Positions 53,806 through 63,186 of a DNA stretch of 64,000 nt are shown here, one piece after another. The stretch spans positions 1 through 64,000 of the forward strand of contig MHLM01000014.1 in NCBI GenBank assembly GCA_001821395.1. Reading direction: 5' to 3'. The DNA comes from Candidatus Lloydbacteria bacterium RIFCSPHIGHO2_02_FULL_50_18 (GTDB lineage: Bacteria; Patescibacteriota; Minisyncoccia; Phycocordibacterales; UBA6899). Every line of letters starts with the position of its first letter. The stretch's first letter is position 1. The position numbers and the translations under genes were made by a program. Below the pieces are notes generated by a model that saw only the letters and a program-made list of their open reading frames with translations, had not been told where the DNA came from and did not search any database.

Positions 53806-56061
53806 GTGCAAATGCCTTGTTTGCCAGTGCAGGATATTCCCTATATAGTTGATGACATGTCATTAAAAGAACTACTGCGTTTCTGTATCCTTGCGTGCAT
53901 CTTTGCCACGCCTTTTATTTGTTTATATGTTGCAGAGACGATGTTCTTCCCGTTCATTACCGGCAAGAATTTTCTTTTTCGTATTATCGTGGAAGCGATG
54001 CTCGGTCTATGGGTGCTCTTGATGTTCGTTGATGCGACCTATCGCCCGAAATTTTCATGGATACTCGCTGCGGCGGGAGCATTCCTTTTGGTGATGACGG
54101 TTGCGGATTTCAACGGAGTGAATCCATTCAGGAGCTTCTGGTCCAATTACGAGCGCATGGAAGGGCTCATCACACTGGCGCATCTCTTCTTGTACTTCAT
54201 CATATGCGCGTCCGTGCTCGCGACGGAGAATATGTGGAAGTGGTTTTGGCGTACATCGCTTGCTTCCTCGGTCATCGTCTGCTTCAACGCGTATCAGCAG
54301 CTCGCGGGTAAGGAGGCGATCCACCAGAGTGTTACGCGTCTCGACGCAACGTTCGGGAACTCGGTCTATCTTGCGGTCTTTGCATTGTTTCACGCATTCA
54401 TCGCGATGTTCTTGTTCTTCCGCGACGGAAAGAAGAATACATTCCGTTGGATCTACCCCGTTATCGCGTCGGCAAATGTCATCATTCTTTATTACACGCA
54501 GACGCGCGGTACGCTCCTCGGTATCCTCGGCGGTGTTTTGCTGACCCTCTTGCTCGTGGCATTTTTTGACAAAGAGCATCCTCAGTTGAAAAAGTATGCC
54601 ATTGGTGGTGTGCTTGGTGTTGTGCTGTTGATCGGCGCATTTATCGCATTCAAGGATTCTTCGTTCATCCAGCAGAGCCCGACACTGCAGCGCATGGCGT
54701 CGATCTCGATGAGCGATAATACGACGAAGTCACGCTTCATGATCTGGCATATGTCATGGGAGGGATTCAAGGAGCGTCCGATCTTGGGCTGGGGGCAGGA
54801 TAATTTCCTCTATGTCTTTGCGAAGCACTATGATCCGAACATGTGGGCACAGGAGCCGTGGTTCGACCGTTCACACGATGTGTTCTTCGACTGGCTGATC
54901 GCGGGCGGTGCACTGGGGCTGCTCTCGTATCTTTCAATGTTTGGTGCCGCGATCTACTATCTCTGGTTCGGGCGGAAGCATCGTTTCACAATCATCGAGC
55001 GGAGCATCCTGACCGGAATGCTCGCGGGATATTTCATCCATAATATCTTTGTATTCGATAATCTCACGAGCTATCTTTTCTTCTTCGGATTCCTCGCCTT
55101 CCTTCATACGCTCCATGCCGAAGAGGTTGTCGTTGAGAAGACACCACAAAAGAAAGAGCGTGCCGGAGACCGACTCGAAGCGGGAGACCTTGCGATCGCA
55201 GGTGCGGTCGTCATCGCGCTCACGTGTGTGATGATCTATTACGTGAACATTCGCAACATCAATGCGAACGTTGCGCTCATCAACTCGATCCGCCCGGAGG
55301 GGATCCTTGTCGATGGTCCGAACGGGCAGAAGAAGATCGCCATGAAAGAAATTCTTGATCTCGGACTGTTCGGCACGACCGAAGGCCGCGAGCAGCTCGC
55401 GCAACTTGCCGTTCAGACTCAGGACCCGCGCGTTCCGGAGAATATTCGGAAGATGTTCCACGATACTGCCGCAGCGGAGTTTGACAAAGAGCTTGCCGCC
55501 GATCCGGACAATGTACGCATGCGTTCATTTGCCGCAACATTCTACGCGCGCTTTGGCGAATATGAAAAAGCACTCGAGCAATTCAATAAAGCGATCGAGC
55601 TTTCACCGACGAGACAGTCAACGCGCCTCGATCTTGCGATGATGTATGTCGCCGTACGAGATTACCCCCGCGCAGAAGAGCAGGCGAAGATCGCGTATGA
55701 TTTCGCGAATACGAATCCTGACGCTATCCTGACCTATGCCACGACGCTGATATATCAGAAGAAACTTGCGCTCGTTGACGAGGTGCTCGCGTCCCGGAAA
55801 GATACACCGACAGCATATGACAGCCGCATCATCAATGCATACGGCAATATCGGTCAGTATCAGAAAGTTGTGGAGCTCGTGAACGAAAAGATCGCACGAG
55901 GATTCGGCTCAGGGCGTGACTACTTCTCCCTTGCAGGTGGATATGCCACACTCGGAGATAAAGCTGCGGCCATTGCTGCCGTAGAGAAGGGGATGAGCCT
56001 CGACGCGGGATTGAAAGATCAGGGCACCCAGTTGATAGAGCAGATCAACGGCGCAAAATAA
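53806..56061 (+). CDS. O-antigen-ligase-like (Wzy_C domain) polytopic membrane protein with C-terminal TPR repeats
   Basis: About 10 TM helices. Periplasmic-loop motif WHMSWEGFKERPILGWGQDNF (GxGxxNF-like). C-terminal ~250 aa with TPR-like repeats. Confidence 0.6.
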   Translation: MQMPCLPVQDIPYIVDDMSLKELLRFCILACIFATPFICLYVAETMFFPFITGKNFLFRIIVEAMLGLWVLLMFVDATYRPKFSWILAAAGAFLLVMTVADFNGVNPFRSFWSNYERMEGLITLAHLFLYFIICASVLATENMWKWFWRTSLASSVIVCFNAYQQLAGKEAIHQSVTRLDATFGNSVYLAVFALFHAFIAMFLFFRDGKKNTFRWIYPVIASANVIILYYTQTRGTLLGILGGVLLTLLLVAFFDKEHPQLKKYAIGGVLGVVLLIGAFIAFKDSSFIQQSPTLQRMASISMSDNTTKSRFMIWHMSWEGFKERPILGWGQDNFLYVFAKHYDPNMWAQEPWFDRSHDVFFDWLIAGGALGLLSYLSMFGAAIYYLWFGRKHRFTIIERSILTGMLAGYFIHNIFVFDNLTSYLFFFGFLAFLHTLHAEEVVVEKTPQKKERAGDRLEAGDLAIAGAVVIALTCVMIYYVNIRNINANVALINSIRPEGILVDGPNGQKKIAMKEILDLGLFGTTEGREQLAQLAVQTQDPRVPENIRKMFHDTAAAEFDKELAADPDNVRMRSFAATFYARFGEYEKALEQFNKAIELSPTRQSTRLDLAMMYVAVRDYPRAEEQAKIAYDFANTNPDAILTYATTLIYQKKLALVDEVLASRKDTPTAYDSRIINAYGNIGQYQKVVELVNEKIARGFGSGRDYFSLAGGYATLGDKAAAIAAVEKGMSLDAGLKDQGTQLIEQINGAK

Positions 56062-56067
56062 GAAACG

Positions 56068-56157
56068 GGGATAGGCCTAATTCTATCTTGAAACACAACG
56101 CGCTCCGAATACCTTGCCGGAAATGGGATAACGTTAATTCTAACCTGAACTGCAACA
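56068..56157. repeat. two imperfect ~33-nt direct repeats (GGGATAGGCCTAATTCTATCTTGAAACACAACG / GGGATAACGTTAATTCTAACCTGAACTGCAACA)
   Basis: Seen directly: ~75 % identity, 57-nt periodicity, in the intergenic region upstream of a small ORF. Confidence 0.3.
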
Positions 56158-56275
56158 GTTGTAATTTGAGGTTGAATAAAAGTTATCCTTGTTTTCCCGT
56201 TTTCTATATATTTTCTTGCAAGGAGTGAGGTGATACATTAGGCTTTGGTCTAGGTAGTTATTTTGATCGGCAAAT

Positions 56276-56551
56276 ATGAATAGTGATGATGGGATGATCA
56301 GTTTCCTTGCGGGAATCCACCCAAGCGTTGGGGGTAAAGTTGAACGTCGGCAAGAGGCCGTCGATGCCCTAAAAAGAGTTTGCGGATCGCACGCTTCGCG
56401 CGAAACGATACGGATCACTGAAGTTTCGGGGCAATATATTGAAGGATGGATCGAAAAAAATATTTTTCTCGAAAAATTTTCAGATAGGAAAATTCCCGAT
56501 GAACTGCTCACGTTGATTCACTGGCTTCACAAAGATCACGCTATTGACTGA
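56276..56551 (+). CDS. hypothetical protein (91 aa)
   Basis: Intact ORF with no domain. Confidence 0.3.
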   Translation: MNSDDGMISFLAGIHPSVGGKVERRQEAVDALKRVCGSHASRETIRITEVSGQYIEGWIEKNIFLEKFSDRKIPDELLTLIHWLHKDHAID

Positions 56552-56721
56552 GCAGTGGTTAGAAAATTACCAGATGAATGATTCCACGCACCCGCGTGGT
56601 TTTTTATTGCGGTGGCCCAATGGAAACGGTGTCACTTTCATTCTCGTTTGAAACGCAACAGCTGATCCCCGTAATGGCGATCAATGGTCGTGGAAAAACA
56701 AAGTGGTATAATTGTCTCATT

Positions 56722-57891
56722 ATGGAACAATCAAAACTCACGGCTTACGTTGCGGGGCAATTGAAGGCCGGCATAAGTCCTGATGCGGTCAGGCAGCATC
56801 TTTTATTAGTAGGATGGTCCGAGGAGGATGCAGGGGCGGCCATCGTTTCGGGACTCGTCGAAAGCGGCGTACCAACGCCCGAAAATCGCATGCACTCCGG
56901 ACGGGGAACGCTTTCTTCGACCGTTGAAGTTGTGCTGAATTTCTTTTCGTTCATTCTGCTTGGCACTGTCGCGACGGCGCTCGGCATTCTTTACTATCAG
57001 GTCATCGGCAAATATTTCCCTGACCCGCTCGTGCTGGGGTATGGGGCACTTGATTATTCCTCAAGTGCGATCCATTATGCGATCGCAACGCTCATCATCG
57101 CCTTCCCTATATATGTCGTTACGGTGCGACTCTGGTTCCGTCGATTCCGGGAGAACGAAGAGAAGGTGGAGTCGAAGCTTACGAAGTGGCTCACCTATCT
57201 CGTGCTACTCGTCACCGCTGTCACGATCGTCGGCGACCTCATTGCGACCGTGTACTATTTCCTTCAGGGCGAACTCTCCGCACGGTTCTTACTGAAGGCG
57301 CTCACGATCCTCGTCATCGCGGGTATTATTTTCGGGTTCTATGTGCTGGAGCGCAAGAAGATCCAATATAAAAATGATATCCCGAGACGGATCTTCGAGT
57401 ATATCGGAGGAGCGATCAGTGTGCTCGTCATTATTGGTCTCGTGCTCGGCTTCATCGCGGGCGGTTCTCCTGCGACCGAGCGTATGCGCGGTCTGGATAC
57501 CCAGCGTGCTGACGACCTGCGCGCATTGGCGAGTTGCATCTCAACATACGGATTCGACCACAAGCGATTACCGCTTAGTCTCGATGAGTTGAATTCCGGT
57601 GCGCAGTATTATTGTTCGGAACGAATGAATGATCCCGAGACCAGAGTGGCGTATGAGTACCGCATCGTAACTTCCGATGTGCAGACCGGACTCGTGCACG
57701 AGGGAAATATTGAGCTCTGTGCGAATTTTGCGCTCTCTTCGGAGGATATCGGCACGAAATCCGTTTCCTATTCCACTCCCATCGACAAGTGGGTGAAACA
57801 TGCCGCGGGTCGAGAGTGTGACAGCGAGACGGTCATATTGGAGCGAGGGGATACGACCACCATCGTTCCCGAGAAGATGTTCGTGAAATAA
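56722..57891 (+). CDS. hypothetical membrane protein (N-terminal soluble segment, four TM helices, C-terminal Cys-containing domain)
   Basis: Hydrophobicity pattern. The listed frame begins at 56578, and the ATG at 56722 is chosen tentatively. Confidence 0.4.
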   Translation: MEQSKLTAYVAGQLKAGISPDAVRQHLLLVGWSEEDAGAAIVSGLVESGVPTPENRMHSGRGTLSSTVEVVLNFFSFILLGTVATALGILYYQVIGKYFPDPLVLGYGALDYSSSAIHYAIATLIIAFPIYVVTVRLWFRRFRENEEKVESKLTKWLTYLVLLVTAVTIVGDLIATVYYFLQGELSARFLLKALTILVIAGIIFGFYVLERKKIQYKNDIPRRIFEYIGGAISVLVIIGLVLGFIAGGSPATERMRGLDTQRADDLRALASCISTYGFDHKRLPLSLDELNSGAQYYCSERMNDPETRVAYEYRIVTSDVQTGLVHEGNIELCANFALSSEDIGTKSVSYSTPIDKWVKHAAGRECDSETVILERGDTTTIVPEKMFVK

Positions 57892-57996
57892 TCTCTCGGT
57901 GTGACGTATCAGGAGAGCTGATGCGTCCATGGCGACAAAGAACAGCTCACGCCCCGAGCCGTTCTTTGTTTTGTCTCCATCGAGTACAATAGCAGC

Positions 57997-59016
57997 ATGC
58001 AGATCCGGGAAAATGTATCACTCGCTCCGATGACGACAATGAAGATCGGCGGCCCTGCGCGGTATTTCTGCGAAGCGGTATCACTCGCCGAAATTGAAGA
58101 AGCGGTCGCTTTTGCCGCTCAGCATGAACTGCCGATCTTCATACTCGGAGGCGGTTCGAATATCTTGGTCAGCGATGACGGATATCCCGGGATGGTGCTG
58201 CATGTTGCCATGAATGATGTCACAAGCAGGGAAGAGGATGAGGAATTATTTCTGACCGTTGGAGCGGGGTATCGGTGGGACGATCTCGTCGCACTCGCTG
58301 TTTCACGTGGCGTGTGGGGAATTGAAAATCTTTCGGCCATCCCCGGTACTGTAGGGGGTGCGACAGTGCAAAATATCGGTGCATATGGATGCGAGGTGGG
58401 CGACGTGATAACACTGGTTGAAGTATATGATCCAACCACCTCACGCGTGCAAACACTTAACAATGCAGAATGCCGCTTCAGTTATCGCGATAGTGTGTGG
58501 AAGCATGAAGGCAAAGGTTTGATCGTGCTGCGAGTAACATTCCGACTTCGGAGGAAGGCAACACCGAACATTGCCTATAAGGACGTTGCGGCATTCTTCG
58601 CACAGGAGGGAATCATTACTCCGACATTGGGTGATATCTGCACTGCGATCATCGCCATTCGATCGGCCAAGTTCCCGGATCTCACGACCCATGGAACTGC
58701 GGGGTCGTACTTTAAGAATCCCGTTGTGTCAGCGCGTGATGCGGAAGAATTTCTCTCGCGCTTTCCCGACGCACCGCATTACCCTCTCCACAATGGATCG
58801 GTAAAACTTTCCGCCGCATGGATCATTGATCATGTGCTGCATATGCGCGGCGTAAGGGCGGGTCACGTCGGATGCTGGGATGCACAGGCGCTCGTGGTCG
58901 TGAATTACGGTGACGCTTCAGCAGATGAGGTGAGAAATTTCGCACGTGACATACAGGAACGATCTTTACTGCTTGCTCATATTGCGCTCGAGACCGAAGT
59001 GATCAACGTAGCGTAA
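57997..59016 (+). CDS. murB: UDP-N-acetylenolpyruvoylglucosamine reductase
   Basis: FAD-binding LAPMTTMKIGGPARYF..LGGGSNIL and a C-terminal MurB domain. Confidence 0.88.
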   Translation: MQIRENVSLAPMTTMKIGGPARYFCEAVSLAEIEEAVAFAAQHELPIFILGGGSNILVSDDGYPGMVLHVAMNDVTSREEDEELFLTVGAGYRWDDLVALAVSRGVWGIENLSAIPGTVGGATVQNIGAYGCEVGDVITLVEVYDPTTSRVQTLNNAECRFSYRDSVWKHEGKGLIVLRVTFRLRRKATPNIAYKDVAAFFAQEGIITPTLGDICTAIIAIRSAKFPDLTTHGTAGSYFKNPVVSARDAEEFLSRFPDAPHYPLHNGSVKLSAAWIIDHVLHMRGVRAGHVGCWDAQALVVVNYGDASADEVRNFARDIQERSLLLAHIALETEVINVA

Positions 59017-59324
59017 AAGCATGCCACTTGAAAGAGCAATAGCACCGCAGTAAATAAAATATTTTGCAGAGAGATGAATAAAATTATTTATCTGATTAAA
59101 AAAATTTTATTTGTTACAAAGAAAAATTTTTTTTGAAAAAATAAAATAAAAAGTTATCCCCATGTATCTTTGAAAACATATTGAGTGTGATGCGATGAAG
59201 AGAGATAATAGTAATAGGAGTGTTCGTTGCTAGCAATGAAATATTTTTCACAAGAGCACTCACACTAGTAAATGATGTTCGAGGTCGAAACACTCATTTT
59301 TTATCAGACAAAATTTTCACCATT

Positions 59325-59393
59325 ATGGCAGCAAAAAAGAAGGCAGCTAAGAAAAAGGTAGCGAAGAAGGCAGCAAAGAAGAAGAAGGCATAA
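59325..59393 (+). CDS. tiny Lys/Ala-rich peptide (22 aa: MAAKKKAAKKKVAKKAAKKKKA)
   Basis: ORF immediately followed by a strong terminator hairpin and preceded by a ~260-bp AT-rich tract. No clear RBS. Confidence 0.3.
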   Translation: MAAKKKAAKKKVAKKAAKKKKA

Positions 59394-59415
59394 ATTGCAG
59401 TTCTTCCACAAAACA

Positions 59416-59445
59416 AAAACTCCCCTTATGGGAGTTTTTGTTTTC
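59416..59445 (+). terminator. Rho-independent terminator
   Basis: AAAACTCCCC-TTAT-GGGAGTTTTT followed by GTTTTC. Confidence 0.45.
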
Positions 59446-59807
59446 TCGCTATTCTTCAAAATTTGCTTCCCTGCATTGTTGGCTTCGTCGTGAACTATTG
59501 TGCCGTACGCAGAGTACGCCACAATAGTGTCACTTCCTTGCCGCCTCGCAGACAAGCAAATTATGAAGAATAGCATTGATATTTCGCAATTGACTTCCTC
59601 GACGCCTCGTCATCCACCGAAATTCACACGAAGACTCCCAGCCCGTCTTATTTCCTGCGGCCATCGTTTATTGAGCATATTTCCCAAAGAAAGCGACATA
59701 AGGCGTTATTTTCATTTTTAGCCTCTGTGCGTTATAGTGGGGTATCCTCGAAAGGCGGTAGTTGGGAGGCCCTATTTCCTCCGAATCACCCATCATAAAC
59801 GAAGAGG

Positions 59808-62324
59808 ATGAACAACCAATATATGCAACTATTAAAGAATATTTTTCCCAATCAGGCGCAGAAGGAACTGAAGAAGCTCGAGCCGCTCGTGTTGGCGGTG
59901 AATGCATTTGAGCCGGAGATCAAGCTCCTTACCGACCAGCAATTTCCGGAGCGAACGCTTACGCTAAAAAAAAGATTCACCGAAGGCGAATCACTTGACG
60001 CACTTTTGCCGGAGGCATTTGCACTCGTGCGCGAGGCGTCACTTCGCACGCTCGGACAACGCCATTATGATGTGCAACTCGTCGGAGGGATGATCCTGCA
60101 TAACGGAGGAATTCCGGAGATGCGTACCGGAGAAGGGAAGACGCTCGTCGCGACGCTCCCCACCTATTTGAACGCATTGTCCGGGAAGGGGGTGCACGTG
60201 GTGACGGTCAACGACTATCTCTCGCGACGTGACGCGGTGTGGATGGGGCAGATCTATGCATTCCTTGGACTTTCGGTCGGCGTGATCAATCATGAGTCTT
60301 CTTATCTGTATGATCCCGCGCAGGTCGCGCGCGACGAAGATCGTGATGATGTGGGTTCCTTTCGTGTCTTCTTTGAATTCCTTCGTGCGTGTACGCGTCC
60401 CGAAGCATATCGCGCAGACGTCACGTATGGTACGAACAACGAGTTCGGTTTCGATTATCTCCGTGACAATATCTGCTATGAACCCAAGGAGCTTCGTCAG
60501 CGCGAGCATAATTACGCTATCGTCGACGAGATCGACTCTATATTAATAGATGAGGCGCGTACTCCGCTCATCATTTCTGCCCCCGCGCAGGATTCGGAGA
60601 GTTTATACGATACATTCGCGTCTATCGCGGCAAAAATGGTTGAGACCGATGACTATACGATCGATGAAAAACTAAAGGCGATCCAGCTCACGGAAGCAGG
60701 CATCAATAAAGCGGAACAATTACTTGGTATCGACAATATCTATACTGAAAAAGGGATCAAATATGTGCATCACCTCGAGACCGCCGTTCGCGCAAAGGCG
60801 CTCTTCGTACGTGACCGTGAGTATGTGGTGCAGGAGGGCGGGGTGGTCATTGTGGATGAGTTCACCGGACGACTTCAGCCCGGCCGCCGCTGGTCAGAAG
60901 GACTGCATCAGGCGATCGAAGCGAAAGAGGGAGTGCGTGTTGAGCAAGAGTCGCGCACGATGGCGTCAATCACGTTCCAGAATTATTTCAAGCTGTACGG
61001 CAAGCTTTCAGGGATGACCGGTACCGCACTCACGTCGGCTGAAGAATTCGAAAAGATCTACGGTCTGGATGTCATCCCGGTCCCGCCGAACCGACCTTCC
61101 GCGCGTCTCGATCAGCTCGATCAGATATTCCAGACTGAGGTGGGCAAATTCACCGCGATCGCTCGTCGGGTGAAGGAGGTGCACGCGAAGGATCAGCCGG
61201 TGCTCATCGGTACGGTCTCGATCGAGAAGAATGAACTATTGTCCTCGTTCCTTTCCCGGGAGGGAGTGCCCCATGAGGTATTGAATGCGAAGAACCATGA
61301 ACGCGAAGGAGAGATCATCGCTCAGGCGGGAAGAAAAGGCTCGGTCGTCATCGCTACAAATATGGCGGGCCGCGGCGTTGACATCAAGTTGGGCGGAAAT
61401 CCTGCGTCCAACGAAGCATATGAAGAGGTCAAGGCAGTCGGCGGGCTTTTCGTGCTTGGCACCGAACGACATGATGCGCGCCGTATCGACAACCAGCTCC
61501 GCGGGCGATCGGGTCGCCAGGGTGATCCCGGTGAAACGCAATTTTACGTATCACTTGAGGATTCACTCATGCGCATCTTTGCGTCTGATGTCATTAAGAA
61601 CATGATGGGCCGTTTCGGTATCCCCGAAGATCAGCCGATCGAGCAGAAGATGATCACGAAGGCGCTCGAAAATGCACAGACAAAGATCGAAGGTTTCAAT
61701 TTTGATGCACGGAAACACGTGCTCCAGTACGACAACATTATCAATATCCATCGCAAGACGATGTATGCGCGACGCAGAAAACTGCTGCTTGGTACACGCG
61801 ACGAAGTGAAGGAGTATTTCGATGATTTACTAAAGAACGCAGGTGAATTCGGTGAGGGGACAGAGACTGCACGAGCCGAAAAGATCGCAGCAATCGGTGA
61901 AGAGGCATTTTATGATGTGGTACGACGTCTCGCACTTCAGACCAACGATATGTTCTGGGTCGACCATTTGGAGCTCATGGATTACGCGCGTTCGTCGGTG
62001 AATCTGCGTGCCTACGGGCAGCGCGATCCGCTCGTCGAATACAAGCGCGAGGGATTACGTCTTTATCGCGAAATGGAGGACTCGATTGCGATGCATATCC
62101 TTGAAATGATCCCGCGCATCCAGGTTGATGCATTCGTAGCCGCAGAGGCGGAATTGAAAAAAGTACAGTCACAGATGACGCTTGCCGGCGGAGGGGTCAC
62201 CGGAAGTACTAGCGTGACTGCCGTTTCCAATGCGCCGAAAAATGCACAAGGAGAGGATATCGGACGAAATGATCCGTGTTTTTGCGGCAGCGGAAAGAAG
62301 TTCAAAAAATGCCATGGAGCGTAA
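59808..62324 (+). CDS. secA: preprotein translocase ATPase SecA
   Basis: Full-length SecA signatures and a C-terminal zinc-binding CFCGSGKKFKKCHG. Confidence 0.95.
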   Translation: MNNQYMQLLKNIFPNQAQKELKKLEPLVLAVNAFEPEIKLLTDQQFPERTLTLKKRFTEGESLDALLPEAFALVREASLRTLGQRHYDVQLVGGMILHNGGIPEMRTGEGKTLVATLPTYLNALSGKGVHVVTVNDYLSRRDAVWMGQIYAFLGLSVGVINHESSYLYDPAQVARDEDRDDVGSFRVFFEFLRACTRPEAYRADVTYGTNNEFGFDYLRDNICYEPKELRQREHNYAIVDEIDSILIDEARTPLIISAPAQDSESLYDTFASIAAKMVETDDYTIDEKLKAIQLTEAGINKAEQLLGIDNIYTEKGIKYVHHLETAVRAKALFVRDREYVVQEGGVVIVDEFTGRLQPGRRWSEGLHQAIEAKEGVRVEQESRTMASITFQNYFKLYGKLSGMTGTALTSAEEFEKIYGLDVIPVPPNRPSARLDQLDQIFQTEVGKFTAIARRVKEVHAKDQPVLIGTVSIEKNELLSSFLSREGVPHEVLNAKNHEREGEIIAQAGRKGSVVIATNMAGRGVDIKLGGNPASNEAYEEVKAVGGLFVLGTERHDARRIDNQLRGRSGRQGDPGETQFYVSLEDSLMRIFASDVIKNMMGRFGIPEDQPIEQKMITKALENAQTKIEGFNFDARKHVLQYDNIINIHRKTMYARRRKLLLGTRDEVKEYFDDLLKNAGEFGEGTETARAEKIAAIGEEAFYDVVRRLALQTNDMFWVDHLELMDYARSSVNLRAYGQRDPLVEYKREGLRLYREMEDSIAMHILEMIPRIQVDAFVAAEAELKKVQSQMTLAGGGVTGSTSVTAVSNAPKNAQGEDIGRNDPCFCGSGKKFKKCHGA

Positions 62325-62853
62325 GCTTCACTTCATCGTAGGGTCGGAAAATAAAGCGAAGGTGAATGCGGTCAGCGAAGTGCTGACGGAGTATCCGCAC
62401 CTTTCCGGCGCACGGGTCGACGGGGTACGGACGGGGTCGGGTGTTGCTGATCAGCCAATGTCGCTTGATGAGACGGTGAGCGGTGCGATGAATCGCGCGC
62501 GCAGCGCCTTTGGAGCCTGTGACTATAGTGTGGGGATCGAGTCGGGGCTGATGCACGTGCCGAATACCAAGAGCGGATATATGGATGTGTGTGCCGCCGC
62601 TATTTATGACGGAACGGAATTCCATCTCGGTCTTTCATCCGCCTGGGAATTTCCGGACAAAGCGATCATTCGCTCGATGGTCGATGAGGGGCTCGATATG
62701 AGTCAGGCGATCAATAAGATCGGACTTACAAAAAATCCGAATATCGGTTCGGAAGAAGGCGCGATCGGTATCGTCACGAAGGGGCGCATCGATCGAAAAG
62801 AATATACGAAGCAGGCGCTCCGTATGGCACTTATCCACATCGATCAGCCGTAA
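62314..62853 (+). CDS. inosine/xanthosine triphosphatase-like (YjjX / NTPase_I-T family)
   Basis: LHFIVGSENKAKVNAV N-terminal signature. Overlaps the secA stop by 11 nt. Confidence 0.6.
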   Translation: MERKLHFIVGSENKAKVNAVSEVLTEYPHLSGARVDGVRTGSGVADQPMSLDETVSGAMNRARSAFGACDYSVGIESGLMHVPNTKSGYMDVCAAAIYDGTEFHLGLSSAWEFPDKAIIRSMVDEGLDMSQAINKIGLTKNPNIGSEEGAIGIVTKGRIDRKEYTKQALRMALIHIDQP

Positions 62854-62864
62854 GAAAAAAGAAC

Positions 62865-63173
62865 ATGATAGATACGGGAATATTGAGCAGTCATTTATCT
62901 GGGTTATGGGTCACTTTCAGCTGGCAGATCGCTCTTTCGGTGTTTCTCGCGTATGTGATCGTGGACATGCTGTATGCAAAATACACTCTCTTGGTGAATC
63001 AATTAAGACCGGCGGGTGCTGCGACTGCGGGGGCACTGATGTATTTTCTCCTCGCGGTCGGCGTTTTGAATTATGCAAATAACGCGCTCTATCTTGTGCC
63101 GCTTGCGATCGGCTCGTGGGTCGGGACATATTTTACGGTCGAACGTGAGCGGAAAAAGTCGCTACGGAAATGA
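62865..63173 (+). CDS. small membrane protein (102 aa, three TM helices), hypothetical
   Basis: Hydrophobicity pattern only. Confidence 0.35.
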   Translation: MIDTGILSSHLSGLWVTFSWQIALSVFLAYVIVDMLYAKYTLLVNQLRPAGAATAGALMYFLLAVGVLNYANNALYLVPLAIGSWVGTYFTVERERKKSLRK

Positions 63174-63186
63174 TATAATTACCTTC

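Noticed and set aside
54055..55461. 174-175-aa minus-strand ORFs inside the O-antigen-ligase-TPR gene
   Set aside because: Antisense to a membrane protein gene with consistent hydrophobic periodicity, and no domains.
59304..59576. 90-aa minus-strand ORF overlapping the AT-rich tract and the K/A micro-ORF
   Set aside because: The translation is Cys/Leu-rich low complexity arising from an A/T-rich sequence. The plus-strand micro-ORF with an adjacent terminator is the more plausible reading, and even that has low confidence.
60039..60509. 156-aa minus-strand ORF inside secA
   Set aside because: Shadow ORF within the highly conserved secA.
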